Origin: an uncultured Alphaproteobacteria bacterium
Lineage (GTDB): Bacteria > Pseudomonadota > Alphaproteobacteria > HIMB59 > GCA-002718135
Reading direction: 5' to 3'
DNA length: 64,000 nt
Assembly: GCA_902604905.1 (NCBI GenBank)
Contig: CACLAN010000002.1
Span: forward strand, 1,560-65,559
Position 1 is the stretch's first letter. Each line of letters opens with the position of its first letter. Shown here piece by piece: positions 1 to 9,317 of the stretch. Below the pieces are notes generated by a model that searched no databases, had not been told where the DNA came from, and saw only the letters and a program-made list of their open reading frames with translations. Made by a program: the position numbers and the translations under genes.

Positions 1-374
1 TTATTAAAATTAGATTTTTATCAATTTTATTTGGAGGTTCTATGTGTGCACTTGCAGGATCATATATTTCAATTTGTTATGCTCCAATGTGGCAAGAGGG
101 TATGACAGCTGGTCGTGGATGGATAGCGTTAGCTTTAGTTGTATTTGCAACTTGGAAACCAGAAAGAGTTCTTATTGGAGCGTATATTTTTGGAGGCGTT
201 ACTATTCTTCAAATGAATCTTCAAGCACTAGGTCTAAGATTTCCTGGTCAATTTTTTAGTATGGCTCCTTATGTTGCTACAATTATAGTTTTAGTATTAA
301 TATCTAGTAATAAATTAAGAATAAAACTAAGTGCCCCAGCATCTTTGACTATTCCTTTCTATAAAGGAAGATAA
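1..374 (+). CDS. ABC transporter permease, C-terminal fragment (5' end outside window), BMP/nucleoside-type uptake system
   Basis: The frame of ORF 42..374 is open to the window edge and ends at TAA 372-374. The tail is TM-rich and hydrophobic, and the cognate BMP-family binding protein gene follows. Confidence 0.7.
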   Translation, partial: IKIRFLSILFGGSMCALAGSYISICYAPMWQEGMTAGRGWIALALVVFATWKPERVLIGAYIFGGVTILQMNLQALGLRFPGQFFSMAPYVATIIVLVLISSNKLRIKLSAPASLTIPFYKGR

Positions 375-479
375 ATATCCACTCTTTTTTATTTATTTTT
401 CTTATACAATTATTGATCTGATCTGTTTCTATATTACAAATGTTATTGAGTAATCGTTATATTAGCAGGTGAGGTTAAA

Positions 480-1547
480 ATGATTAGAATAATAACTTTT
501 TTATCTACTTTTTTAGTATTTTCATTTGGTTCTGCTTATGCAGACCCTAAAAAAGTTGGATTTATTTATATAGGTCCTCCAGGAGATCATGGTTGGACAT
601 ATATGCATGATGTAGGAAGAAAATATATGGAGAGTCAATTAGGTGACTCCATAACAACTACATATCTTGAAAATATTCCTGAAAATGCAGATGCAGTAAG
701 AGCAATTCGAAAGCTAGCTGACTCAGGACATGATTTAATATTTACAACGTCCTTTAACTACATGGATCAGACACATGAAGTTGCGAAAGACTTTCCTGAT
801 ATAAAATTTGAGCATGCTACAGGATATATACAAGCTGACAATGTTGCTACATATTCAGCTAGATTTTATGAAGGAAGAATGATTGAAGGTCATATTGCTG
901 GTCATATGACTGAAACTAATACTATTGGTTATATAGCTTCATTCCCTATTCCAGAAGTTGTAAGAGGAATTAATGCATTTTATTTAGCAGCAGCTAAAGT
1001 TAATCCAGATATCAAAATGAAAATAATTTGGGTGTTTACTTGGTATGATCCAGGTAAAGAGGCTGATGCAGCTAATACATTAATTAATCAAGGAGCTGAC
1101 ATAATTGTTCAGCATACAGATACATACGCACCTTGCCAAGCCGCACAAAAAGCAGGTGTTTATGCTTTTGGTCAAGCTTCAAACCAAGAAGAATTCTGTC
1201 CTGATGCACATTTAACTTCAATTGAAGATATTTGGGGTCCTTACTATGCTGCAAGAGCAAAAGCAGTTGTAGATGGCACTTGGTCTTCAGGTGATACTTG
1301 GGATGGTATGGATAAAGGTATGGTGGTAATGTCACCATATAATAATAAACTTATGCCAGCAAGTTTGATTCAAGAAGCTGTAAATATGGAAGTTGGAATT
1401 AAAGATGGAACTATTCATCCTTTCACTGGTCCAATTTACAATCAAGCCGGTGAGCTTGTAGTTCCTGAAGGTGAAGTAGCACCTGACGGAATGTTACTTG
1501 GAATGAACTTTTATGTTCAAGGTATTGACGGCGAAGTACCACAATAA
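480..1547 (+). CDS. BMP-family (PnrA/Med-like) periplasmic substrate-binding protein, probable nucleoside/purine binding
   Basis: Signal peptide MIRIITFLSTFLVFSFGSAYA, then GFIYIGPPGDHGWTYMHD, typical of BMP-family binding proteins. SD-like AGGTGAGG at 467-474. Confidence 0.85.
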   Translation: MIRIITFLSTFLVFSFGSAYADPKKVGFIYIGPPGDHGWTYMHDVGRKYMESQLGDSITTTYLENIPENADAVRAIRKLADSGHDLIFTTSFNYMDQTHEVAKDFPDIKFEHATGYIQADNVATYSARFYEGRMIEGHIAGHMTETNTIGYIASFPIPEVVRGINAFYLAAAKVNPDIKMKIIWVFTWYDPGKEADAANTLINQGADIIVQHTDTYAPCQAAQKAGVYAFGQASNQEEFCPDAHLTSIEDIWGPYYAARAKAVVDGTWSSGDTWDGMDKGMVVMSPYNNKLMPASLIQEAVNMEVGIKDGTIHPFTGPIYNQAGELVVPEGEVAPDGMLLGMNFYVQGIDGEVPQ

Positions 1548-1563
1548 TTAAAATTCTTATAAC

Positions 1564-1589
1564 CCTCTCTCTTTATAAGAGAGAGGTTT
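1564..1589 (+). terminator. Probable rho-independent terminator after the BMP binding-protein gene
   Basis: Perfect 10-bp stem CCTCTCTCTT (1564-1573) / AAGAGAGAGG (1577-1586) with loop TAT, followed by TTTAATTCTTATTTT. The T-tract is short and interrupted. Confidence 0.5.
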
Positions 1590-1614
1590 AATTCTTATTT
1601 TCAAAGGATGATTT

Positions 1615-2118
1615 ATGTCTGATTTACACATTAGTTGGGACGAATATAGAAGTAAAACAGAAGACTTAGCAAAACAAATTCATAAGGATGGATGGCAGTT
1701 TAATCAGGTTGTATGTATAGCAAAAGGAGGCATGAGAGTTGGTGATGTAATGGCAAGAATATTTGATGTTCCTTTAGCAATTCTTTCTGTTGAATCATAT
1801 AAAGGTGAGGGAGTAAAAAATAAAAGAGGTGCAATTACATTTTCAAGAGATTTGGCAAAAACAAGCCCTAATATTGGATCAAAAGTTCTAATAGTAGATG
1901 ATTTAGCAGACTCAGGAATTACTCTAAAAAAAAGTATTGATTGGTTAAATCACACTTATGGTTTTTATATAGATGAACCAATAAGAACAGGGGTTTTGTT
2001 TTATAAGTCGGTATCATCATTTAAACCAAATTATTTTGTTGATTACTTGGAAGATTCTCCTTGGATACATATGCCTTATGAGGTTTATGAAACTATGAAA
2101 CCAGAAGAACTTGGTTAA
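1615..2118 (+). CDS. Purine phosphoribosyltransferase (Gpt/Xpt-like type I PRTase)
   Basis: PRPP-binding motif VLIVDDLADSGITL. Its size (167 aa) and layout match xanthine-guanine PRTases, and it sits next to a nucleoside uptake system. Confidence 0.75.
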   Translation: MSDLHISWDEYRSKTEDLAKQIHKDGWQFNQVVCIAKGGMRVGDVMARIFDVPLAILSVESYKGEGVKNKRGAITFSRDLAKTSPNIGSKVLIVDDLADSGITLKKSIDWLNHTYGFYIDEPIRTGVLFYKSVSSFKPNYFVDYLEDSPWIHMPYEVYETMKPEELG

Positions 2119-2792
2119 AAAATTGAAGTAATTTCCTCAAATTTTTTCTTTTCTTTTGCAAACTTTGGAATTTTTGCATCTTTATCTGGTCGTCCTACAA
2201 TAAGTAAAACAAATGGTTTTTCATTGCTAGGTCTCTTCAAAATTTTGTTAAGAAATGTCATTGGACTTGGTGTGTGAGTTAACATTGCTAAGCCAGAAAA
2301 ATGTAAACAAGTAATTAATATACCAGTAGCTATACCAACAGACTCTTTTACATAATAATTTTTTATTTTTTTATTTTTTGAAATTGAAAATTTTTTTTCA
2401 AATATAGCTATTAAATAAGGTGCATTTTCAATAAATTTTTTATTTTCATCAGTTCCTAAAGGAGTTAATGCATCTAACCACTCTTTAGGAGCTTTGTACT
2501 TATAAAAATTTTCTTCTTCTTTTTCTGCTTCTACTCTAATCTTCTTTTTTACAGTTTTACTTTTTATTACAACAAAATGCCAAGGTTGAAGATTTGCTCC
2601 ATTTGGAGCTGATCCTGCAGATAAGATCGCATTTTTAATAACATTTATATCAATTTTATCTTTTGAAAATTCGCGTATACTTCTTCTCTCTTTAATATTA
2701 TTATAAAAATTTTTTGAATTAATCTTCATTTCTTGAATAGTTTGATTTGAAAATTTTAAATCTTCAGCTATGTATTTTTTAACTTTATGCAT
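2115..2792 (-). CDS. Nitroreductase-family flavoprotein
   Basis: RRSIREFS and NLQPWHFVV motifs typical of the FMN nitroreductase fold; 225 aa. Confidence 0.8.
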   Translation of the reverse strand: MHKVKKYIAEDLKFSNQTIQEMKINSKNFYNNIKERRSIREFSKDKIDINVIKNAILSAGSAPNGANLQPWHFVVIKSKTVKKKIRVEAEKEEENFYKYKAPKEWLDALTPLGTDENKKFIENAPYLIAIFEKKFSISKNKKIKNYYVKESVGIATGILITCLHFSGLAMLTHTPSPMTFLNKILKRPSNEKPFVLLIVGRPDKDAKIPKFAKEKKKFEEITSIF

Positions 2793-2975
2793 TGGTTTGT
2801 TATTATTATTGGGATACTGTTAATTTCTTTATCAATTAGTAACCCACTATATAAACTAATTATAAAAAAACGAATAAGATTTAATCTTTTCATTGAAATA
2901 CTGTTCAGGATAATACTATTTTTAATTAGTATAATTATTATTTTTCTAGGTTTGTACTTAGAGAGTATATCTTAA
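2787..2975 (+). CDS. Hypothetical small membrane protein (62 aa, two predicted TM helices)
   Basis: It is the only ORF filling the 180-bp gap between the nitroreductase start and the rhodanese stop. The translation is strongly hydrophobic. No homology recognised; could be spurious in AT-rich DNA. Confidence 0.3.
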   Translation: MHWFVIIIGILLISLSISNPLYKLIIKKRIRFNLFIEILFRIILFLISIIIIFLGLYLESIS

Positions 2976-3304
2976 TATCTTCTTATATTTCTATCGATTA
3001 ATGCAGCCCATGCATCTATTCCGCCAAGTACATTAACACAATGGTTATAACCTTGTCCTTTAAGCCATTTACATACAGCTTGGCTTCTTGTACCGGTATG
3101 ACACATTACAAAAATATTTTTTTTCTTATCTAACTCGGTGTATCTTTTAGCAATTTCTGAAAGTTTCATGTGTATTGTACCTTTAATATGAGCATGATCT
3201 CTTTCAGTATCTTCTCTTACATCTATAATTTGAATTTTTTTGTCATCTTGTTTAAGTTCATTTAACTGATGAACTGTTATTTCACTGCTACTGTAAAGAT
3301 CCAT
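2972..3304 (-). CDS. Single-domain rhodanese-like sulfurtransferase
   Basis: Active-site loop CHTGTRS (Cys-X4-Arg-Ser) in a 110-aa rhodanese-sized protein. Confidence 0.85.
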   Translation of the reverse strand: MDLYSSSEITVHQLNELKQDDKKIQIIDVREDTERDHAHIKGTIHMKLSEIAKRYTELDKKKNIFVMCHTGTRSQAVCKWLKGQGYNHCVNVLGGIDAWAALIDRNIRRY

Positions 3305-3413
3305 ATGATTATCTTATTATAAATACTACTAGATTTCTACTATTTTAAATAAAATTAATTTTAAAAATTAAATTTGTTATTTTTAAGTTTTTCATGTATG
3401 AGCCCATAACATT

Positions 3414-3713
3414 ATGACGAAGAAAATAACTTTTTCAGCTTTTGGTAGAGATTCATATTATCACAGAGATTGGTTCAAAAAAAATGGTTTTAAATTTGAT
3501 AGAAGTTCTAGAAAATGGACTGTAGAAAATTTACCAATAGACAATGCTGAAGAATTTGCTAGTTATTGTAGAAAATATGGTTTAACATTTGAACGATCTG
3601 ATAGAATGATTACAGAATTTGATTATGCAGATTATCTTTGGGATGGAAGAAGAGATGAATTTATGCAACCTTCTGAAAATATTGAAATTCCTCAACCAAA
3701 AAATAAAATCTAA
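3414..3713 (+). CDS. Hypothetical protein (99 aa)
   Basis: Clean ORF with non-low-complexity composition, followed 3 nt later by the next gene. No family recognised with certainty. Confidence 0.55.
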   Translation: MTKKITFSAFGRDSYYHRDWFKKNGFKFDRSSRKWTVENLPIDNAEEFASYCRKYGLTFERSDRMITEFDYADYLWDGRRDEFMQPSENIEIPQPKNKI

Positions 3714-3716
3714 TTT

Positions 3717-4634
3717 TTGTTAAATAAATTAGTATCAAATAATTTCATACTTCTTATAATTTTAGCTGCTATTTGGGGATCTTCTTTTTTCGTTATTAAA
3801 ATTTGTCTGTCTAGTTTTACTCCTACAAGTATAGCTTCCTTAAGATTAATAATAGCATCAATATTCTTAATTATTCTATATTATTCATATAACAAACATC
3901 CTAAATTTAATCTCGAATTAGTTTTAATTCTTTCTTTTATAGGTATTACTGGAAATTTTTTACCATTCTATCTGATTAGTTGGGCTGAACAATATATTCC
4001 TTCTTCTACTGCAGGTTTATTAATGTCAGTTGGTCCCTTTATAACATTACTAATGTCTCATGTATTAACTTCAGACGATAAGTTTACCTGGATTAAATTT
4101 TTATCAATTATTATAGGTTTTGTAGGTATTATTTTTATATTAGATATAAGTAAATTTAATTTTCAAGATGAAAACTACATAAGTACTTTAGCTAAAATTT
4201 TTGTGATTATAGCAGCATTTGGTTACATGATTTCAAATATTGCTGCTTATAATAAATTAAAGAAATTAAGTCCTATTTCTATTACAACTTTTGCTACATT
4301 GTTCGGAGCGATTATATCATTACCATTTTTATTCTATGATTTTATTAATTATGAAAATAATATTAATAAAATTTCATTAATTTCTATTATTTATTTAGGT
4401 GTTTTTCCAACAGCTATTGCCTTTCATATGCGTTATCAAATAGTTAAACAATCTGGTCCAGTTTTCTTATCTTATGTTGCTTATTTAATTCCTGTTTTTG
4501 CTTTAATATGGGGATTCATATTCCTTTCTGAACAAATAGTATTTAGTTCTGTAGTTGGAATTATTTTAGTTTTTATTGGTCTGTTTGTGGGGCAAAAAAA
4601 ATTAATGAGTAAAATATCCGTAAAAAACATATAA
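3717..4634 (+). CDS. DMT-superfamily (EamA-like) transporter
   Basis: About 10 TM helices arranged as two EamA-like halves; 305 aa; TTG start as given in the ORF track. Confidence 0.8.
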   Translation: MLNKLVSNNFILLIILAAIWGSSFFVIKICLSSFTPTSIASLRLIIASIFLIILYYSYNKHPKFNLELVLILSFIGITGNFLPFYLISWAEQYIPSSTAGLLMSVGPFITLLMSHVLTSDDKFTWIKFLSIIIGFVGIIFILDISKFNFQDENYISTLAKIFVIIAAFGYMISNIAAYNKLKKLSPISITTFATLFGAIISLPFLFYDFINYENNINKISLISIIYLGVFPTAIAFHMRYQIVKQSGPVFLSYVAYLIPVFALIWGFIFLSEQIVFSSVVGIILVFIGLFVGQKKLMSKISVKNI

Positions 4635-4732
4635 TACTAATAAAACGGCAATAAAAATAGACACATTTTTGAAGTTAAAGTATTTCATTTATGGTTGATA
4701 TTTAATTTTTTATAGTCCAATATACTTATATT

Positions 4733-6059
4733 ATGAGCGACTCAATTAAATACTTACTTGAAGAAAATAAAGCACCAAAGTTTTGGTATAATATCAATGC
4801 TGACTTACCAAGTCCACCACCACCTCCTTTACATCCTGGAACTAAACAACCGGCTGGTCCTGATGACTTTGCTCCTTTATTTCCAATGGGTCTAATAATG
4901 CAGGAGGTTTCTACTGAAAGAGAAATAGAAATACCTGAACCAGTAAGAGAAGTTTATAAACAATGGAGACCCTCTCCATTATTTCGAGCAAGAAGATTAG
5001 AAAAATTTTTAGATACACCGGCTAAAATTTATTATAAATATGAAGGTGTTAGTCCTACTGGAAGTCACAAACCAAATACTGCGGTCCCTCAAGCATTTTA
5101 AAAGAGATGAATTAAATCATACAGGTGCCCATAAAATTAATAATTGTATGGGACAAATTTTATTGGCAAAAAAAATGGGTAAGTCTAGAATTATAGCTGA
5201 AACAGGAGCAGGACAGCACGGTGTCGCAACAGCAACAGTTTGTGCTCTATTTGGTTTACCATGCATAGTTTATATGGGAGAAAAAGATATCGAAAGACAA
5301 TCTCCAAATGTTTTTAGAATGAAATTACTCGGTGCAGAAATACGATCAGTTTCTACTGGGTCAAAATCACTTAAAGATGCTATGAATGAAGCATTAAGAG
5401 ATTGGGTAACAAATGTTAAAGATACTTTTTATATAATTGGGACCGCTGCAGGACCGCATCCATACCCAGCTATGGTTAGAGATTTTCAATCTGTAATTGG
5501 TAAAGAAGTTCGTAATCAACTTGAAGAACTGGAAGGAAAGGCTCCAGATTTGTTAATGGCATGTATTGGTGGTGGTTCAAATGCTTTAGGATTGTTTCAT
5601 GAATTTTTAGATGACTCAAATGTTGAAATGATTGCTGTTGAAGCAGCAGGGCATGGGATAAAAACTGATAAGCATGCAGCAAGTTTAACAGGTGGTAAGC
5701 CAGGTGTATTGCATGGAAATAAAACATATTTATTACAATCAAAGTCTGGGCAAATTCAGGAGGCGCATTCCATTTCGGCAGGCTTAGATTATCCAGGAAT
5801 TGGACCTGAACATTCATTTTTATTTGAGGAAAAAAGAGTGACATACATGTCGGCAACAGACAAAGAAGCACTGGAAGCTTTTCAATATTGTTGTAAATTA
5901 GAAGGCATAATTCCAGCTTTAGAACCAGCACATGCATTAGCTGCATTAAAAAAAATAGCAAAAAACTATAGTAAAGATAAAATTATTGTCATGAACATGT
6001 GTGGCCGAGGTGATAAAGATATTTTTACAATAGCTGATGAATTAAACATAAAGATTTAA
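4733..6059 (+). pseudogene. trpB: Split/chimeric tryptophan synthase beta locus: a TrpB2-type N-terminal 122 codons (4733..5101, TAA stop), then in the +1 frame a TrpB1-type body lacking about the first 75 codons (homology from about 5097 to 6059)
   Basis: The first part ends ...[44 protein letters not shown], which is the TrpB2 class. The second part reads [16 protein letters not shown]...[13 protein letters not shown]...GGGSNA...GRGDKD, which is the canonical TrpB1 class. The two parts are in different frames and trpA follows at 6060. Confidence 0.7.
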
Positions 6060-6854
6060 ATGACTAATTTAATTAGTCACGCATTTAAAGATGATGAAAA
6101 AAAACTAGTAACATTTGTTACTGGAGGTGATCCTGATTTTGAAACAAGTTTACAAATTATTAAGACAATAATTAATAATGGAGCTGATATTATGGAAATT
6201 GGAATGCCCTTTTCTGATCCAATGGCTGATGGTCCAACAATTCAGTTGTCAAGTAATAGAGCGATAAGTAAAGGAATTGATTTAGAAAATATTTTCTCTT
6301 TAGCCTTCGAGGCAAAGAAAACAAAAAGTGATCTCCCTATTATTTTAATGGGTTACTATAATTTGATTCTATATTTTGGAATTGAGAAGTTTGTAAAAAA
6401 ATGCAAAGAAAATGGAGTTGATGGTTTAATTATTGTAGATCTACAACCAGAAGAAGATGAAGATTTGATCAATGAGCTTAAAAAAAATGATATTGATTTA
6501 ATTAGATTAATTACTCCTACAACTGACGAAGCAAGGCTTAAATTAATATTAAAAAATGCAAGTGGTTTTTTATATTATGTGAGTGTTATGGGAATTACTG
6601 GACAAAAATCTGCTGATCTTAATGAACTTAAAAAATCTGTTGCTTTTATCAAAAAACATACGAGCTTACCAGTTGTGCCAGGATTTGGTATTAAAAACTC
6701 AACTGATGTAAACAATATATGCAAAATAGCTGATGGTGCAGTTGTTGGATCAAGTATAATTAAAATTATTGAAGAGAATTTAAATAACAAAGATAAGATG
6801 TTGTCAGAAATTAATATATTTTCAAAAGATTTGAAAGATGGAACTAAGTTATGA
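6060..6854 (+). CDS. trpA: Tryptophan synthase alpha subunit
   Basis: GADIMEIGMPFSDPMADGPTIQ motif; starts directly after the trpB stop. Confidence 0.95.
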   Translation: MTNLISHAFKDDEKKLVTFVTGGDPDFETSLQIIKTIINNGADIMEIGMPFSDPMADGPTIQLSSNRAISKGIDLENIFSLAFEAKKTKSDLPIILMGYYNLILYFGIEKFVKKCKENGVDGLIIVDLQPEEDEDLINELKKNDIDLIRLITPTTDEARLKLILKNASGFLYYVSVMGITGQKSADLNELKKSVAFIKKHTSLPVVPGFGIKNSTDVNNICKIADGAVVGSSIIKIIEENLNNKDKMLSEINIFSKDLKDGTKL

Positions 6855-7693
6855 ATTGGTTAACAAATTTTGTAAAACCTAAACTATCCTCACTTGTAAA
6901 TAGAAGAAGTGTTCCGGAGAAATTATGGAATAATTGTGTGTCATGTGGAAATATGATTCATCATAAAGATTTAAAGGAAAATTTATATGTTTGTGTAAAT
7001 TGCAATTATCATTTTAGAATGTCTGCAGAAGATAGAATAAAATTGTTTTTCAAAGATGACGATTATAGTGAAATTATCCCAGATAAAATCTCAGACGATC
7101 CACTGAAATTCACAGATAAAAAAAAATATAAAGATAGATTAAAAGAATACAGAAAAAAAACTAATAGAGATGATGCATTTATTCTAATTAAAGGAAAAAT
7201 TAAAGACAAAGAAATTATCTCGGGACTGATGAATTTTGAATTCATGGGTGGTTCTATGGGTAGAGCAGTTGGTGGAGCAATAGTTAAAGGAGCTAAAATT
7301 GCTATAGAAAACAAGCTACCTTATGTAATTGTTACTTCATCTGGTGGGGCAAGAATGCAAGAAGGAATTGTAAGCTTAATGCAAATGCCTAGAACAATTG
7401 CTGCTGTTGATCTGTTAAATGAAAATAATATACCCTACATAGTTGTTCTTACTGAACCTACTACTGGTGGAGTGACAGCTTCTTTTGCAATGCTAGGTGA
7501 TATAACAATAGCAGAACAAGGTGCTACGATAGGTTTTGCAGGTAAAAGAGTTATACAAGACACCATCAGAGAAGAATTACCTATAGATTTCCAAAAAGCT
7601 GAGTACTTAAAAGATCATGGAATGGTTGATATAGTTTCTCATAGAAAAGACCTCAAAGAAACTTTGTACAGAGTATTAGATCATATAAGTTAA
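6851..7693 (+). CDS. accD: Acetyl-CoA carboxylase carboxyltransferase beta subunit
   Basis: N-terminal CxxC-x15-CxxC zinc finger (CVSCGNMIHHKDLKENLYVCVNCNYHF) plus a carboxyltransferase domain; conserved trpBA-accD-folC order. Confidence 0.95.
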   Translation: MNWLTNFVKPKLSSLVNRRSVPEKLWNNCVSCGNMIHHKDLKENLYVCVNCNYHFRMSAEDRIKLFFKDDDYSEIIPDKISDDPLKFTDKKKYKDRLKEYRKKTNRDDAFILIKGKIKDKEIISGLMNFEFMGGSMGRAVGGAIVKGAKIAIENKLPYVIVTSSGGARMQEGIVSLMQMPRTIAAVDLLNENNIPYIVVLTEPTTGGVTASFAMLGDITIAEQGATIGFAGKRVIQDTIREELPIDFQKAEYLKDHGMVDIVSHRKDLKETLYRVLDHIS

Positions 7694-7696
7694 TAA

Positions 7697-8956
7697 GTGA
7701 AATCTAAAACAGAAAAGTTATTAGATGAATTGGTCAAACTTCATCCCAAATATATTGATCTTTCATTAGACAGATTAAAATTATTATTAAAAAAACTAGG
7801 TAATCCTGAAGATCATTTGCCAAAAACAATTCATATTGCAGGTACAAATGGAAAAGGGTCTGTTCAAAGCTTCATAAGAAATATTTTATTGAAGAATGGA
7901 TATAAATGTGATGCATATATCTCACCACATTTATCTAGGTTTAATGAAAGAATAATTCTAAATAATAAAGAAGTAAGTACCAAGAAACTTTACGAAACTC
8001 TAAAATATGTAAAAACAATAAATAATAACAAACCAATAACTTTCTTTGAAATAACAACAGCAGCAGCATTCATATTGTTTAAACAATCAAAATCTGACTT
8101 TCTTATTTTAGAGACAGGATTAGGAGGTCGATTAGATGCAACCAATATAATACCAAAAAAAATATGTAGTATTTTAACGCCAATTAGTTTTGATCATGAG
8201 GAATTTCTTGGAAAAACACTTAAGAAAATTGCTAATGAAAAATTGGGTATAGTGAAGAATTGTAAGTTTGTATTAGTTGGTAAACAAAAAAAAGAATTAA
8301 AAGATCATATTCAAAAAAAACTAAAAAAATTTGAAAATAAATATTTTTATGGAAAAGAATATCGAGTCACAAAATCATTAAAAAATAAGTTTCAGATAAA
8401 AATAGATGGAAAAAAATATTTCTATAATCAACCTTCATTGAATGGAAAGCATCAGGAAGAAAATGCATCAATATGTATTTATTTTGCAAAAATTTTGAAA
8501 AATATGGGTTATAGATTAAACACTAAAGATATTAATGCAGCAATAAAAAAAACTGCATGGCCAGGAAGATTGGAAATTATTAATTATAAACATAAAAAAA
8601 TAATTCTTGATGGGTCACATAATATTGATGGAGCTGATAAACTAAATGAATTTTTAAAAACTAAAAGAATAAAACCCATAGTCTTGTTTGGAATGTTGAA
8701 TAATAAGAAAGCAAATTTATTTTTGAATAAAATAAAAAGAAGAGTATCAAAAGTTTTAGCTATAGAAATTCCGGATGAAAAAAATTCATTTAAAACTAAA
8801 CAAATAAATGAAATTTGTAATTTTCATTCTATTAAATGTGAGCAAATAAATAATATAAATGATGCTTTAAAATATTTTAGATCACATCAACAAAAAATAT
8901 ATTTAATTACTGGTTCTTTGTATTTGATAGGAAAAATTAGAAAAAAACTATTATAA
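7697..8956 (+). CDS. folC: Folylpolyglutamate synthase / dihydrofolate synthase
   Basis: Mur-ligase P-loop HIAGTNGKGS; synteny after accD; GTG start. Confidence 0.9.
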   Translation: MKSKTEKLLDELVKLHPKYIDLSLDRLKLLLKKLGNPEDHLPKTIHIAGTNGKGSVQSFIRNILLKNGYKCDAYISPHLSRFNERIILNNKEVSTKKLYETLKYVKTINNNKPITFFEITTAAAFILFKQSKSDFLILETGLGGRLDATNIIPKKICSILTPISFDHEEFLGKTLKKIANEKLGIVKNCKFVLVGKQKKELKDHIQKKLKKFENKYFYGKEYRVTKSLKNKFQIKIDGKKYFYNQPSLNGKHQEENASICIYFAKILKNMGYRLNTKDINAAIKKTAWPGRLEIINYKHKKIILDGSHNIDGADKLNEFLKTKRIKPIVLFGMLNNKKANLFLNKIKRRVSKVLAIEIPDEKNSFKTKQINEICNFHSIKCEQINNINDALKYFRSHQQKIYLITGSLYLIGKIRKKLL

Positions 8957-9271
8957 ATTGGATTGTATCCAGTTCTCTAATGCTGTTTTAGGAAGACTGC
9001 CAACCTTAGTATCGATTAACTCACCATTTTTAAAGATCATTATTGTAGGAATACCCCTAATACCGTATTTTTGTGGTGTCATAGGGTTCTCATCAATATT
9101 CATTTTATATATTTTAACTTTATCTTTATTCTCAACAGCAATTTCTTCTAAAATTGGGTCAAGTACTTTACATGGACCGCACCATTCTGCACCAAAATCA
9201 ACGACCACTGGAACGTCATTAGTAGATATATCTTTATCAAAAGTTTGATCGTTTGTTATAAGAGTAGACAT
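8951..9271 (-). CDS. trxA: Thioredoxin
   Basis: WCGPC active site; 106 aa. Confidence 0.95.
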   Translation of the reverse strand: MSTLITNDQTFDKDISTNDVPVVVDFGAEWCGPCKVLDPILEEIAVENKDKVKIYKMNIDENPMTPQKYGIRGIPTIMIFKNGELIDTKVGSLPKTALENWIQSNL

Positions 9272-9317
9272 AAATAATATGTAAGAAATATTTATCTATT
9301 ATCAAGCTAAATTAAAT

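Noticed and set aside
44-259. 71-aa ORF in an alternative frame of the permease fragment.
   Set aside because: It overlaps the TM-rich permease frame, which continues to the window edge and fits the operon context.
375-479. Purine riboswitch upstream of the BMP binding-protein gene.
   Set aside because: The 105-bp spacer shows no three-way-junction pairing and no conserved purine-aptamer core. It looks like a plain AT-rich spacer with an SD.
5476-5961. 161-aa ORF antisense to trpB. The same class includes 1084..1338, 6575..6790, 7063..7314, 8958..9248, 10634..10822, 12882..13154, 16548..16751, 20906..21115, 20934..21143, 24048..24236, 25447..25680 and 26530..26736.
   Set aside because: Each lies entirely inside, and opposite to or out of frame with, a gene with strong motif-level identity. 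The translations are low-complexity (L/F/I/S/K-rich) with no recognisable motifs. These are the expected shadow ORFs.
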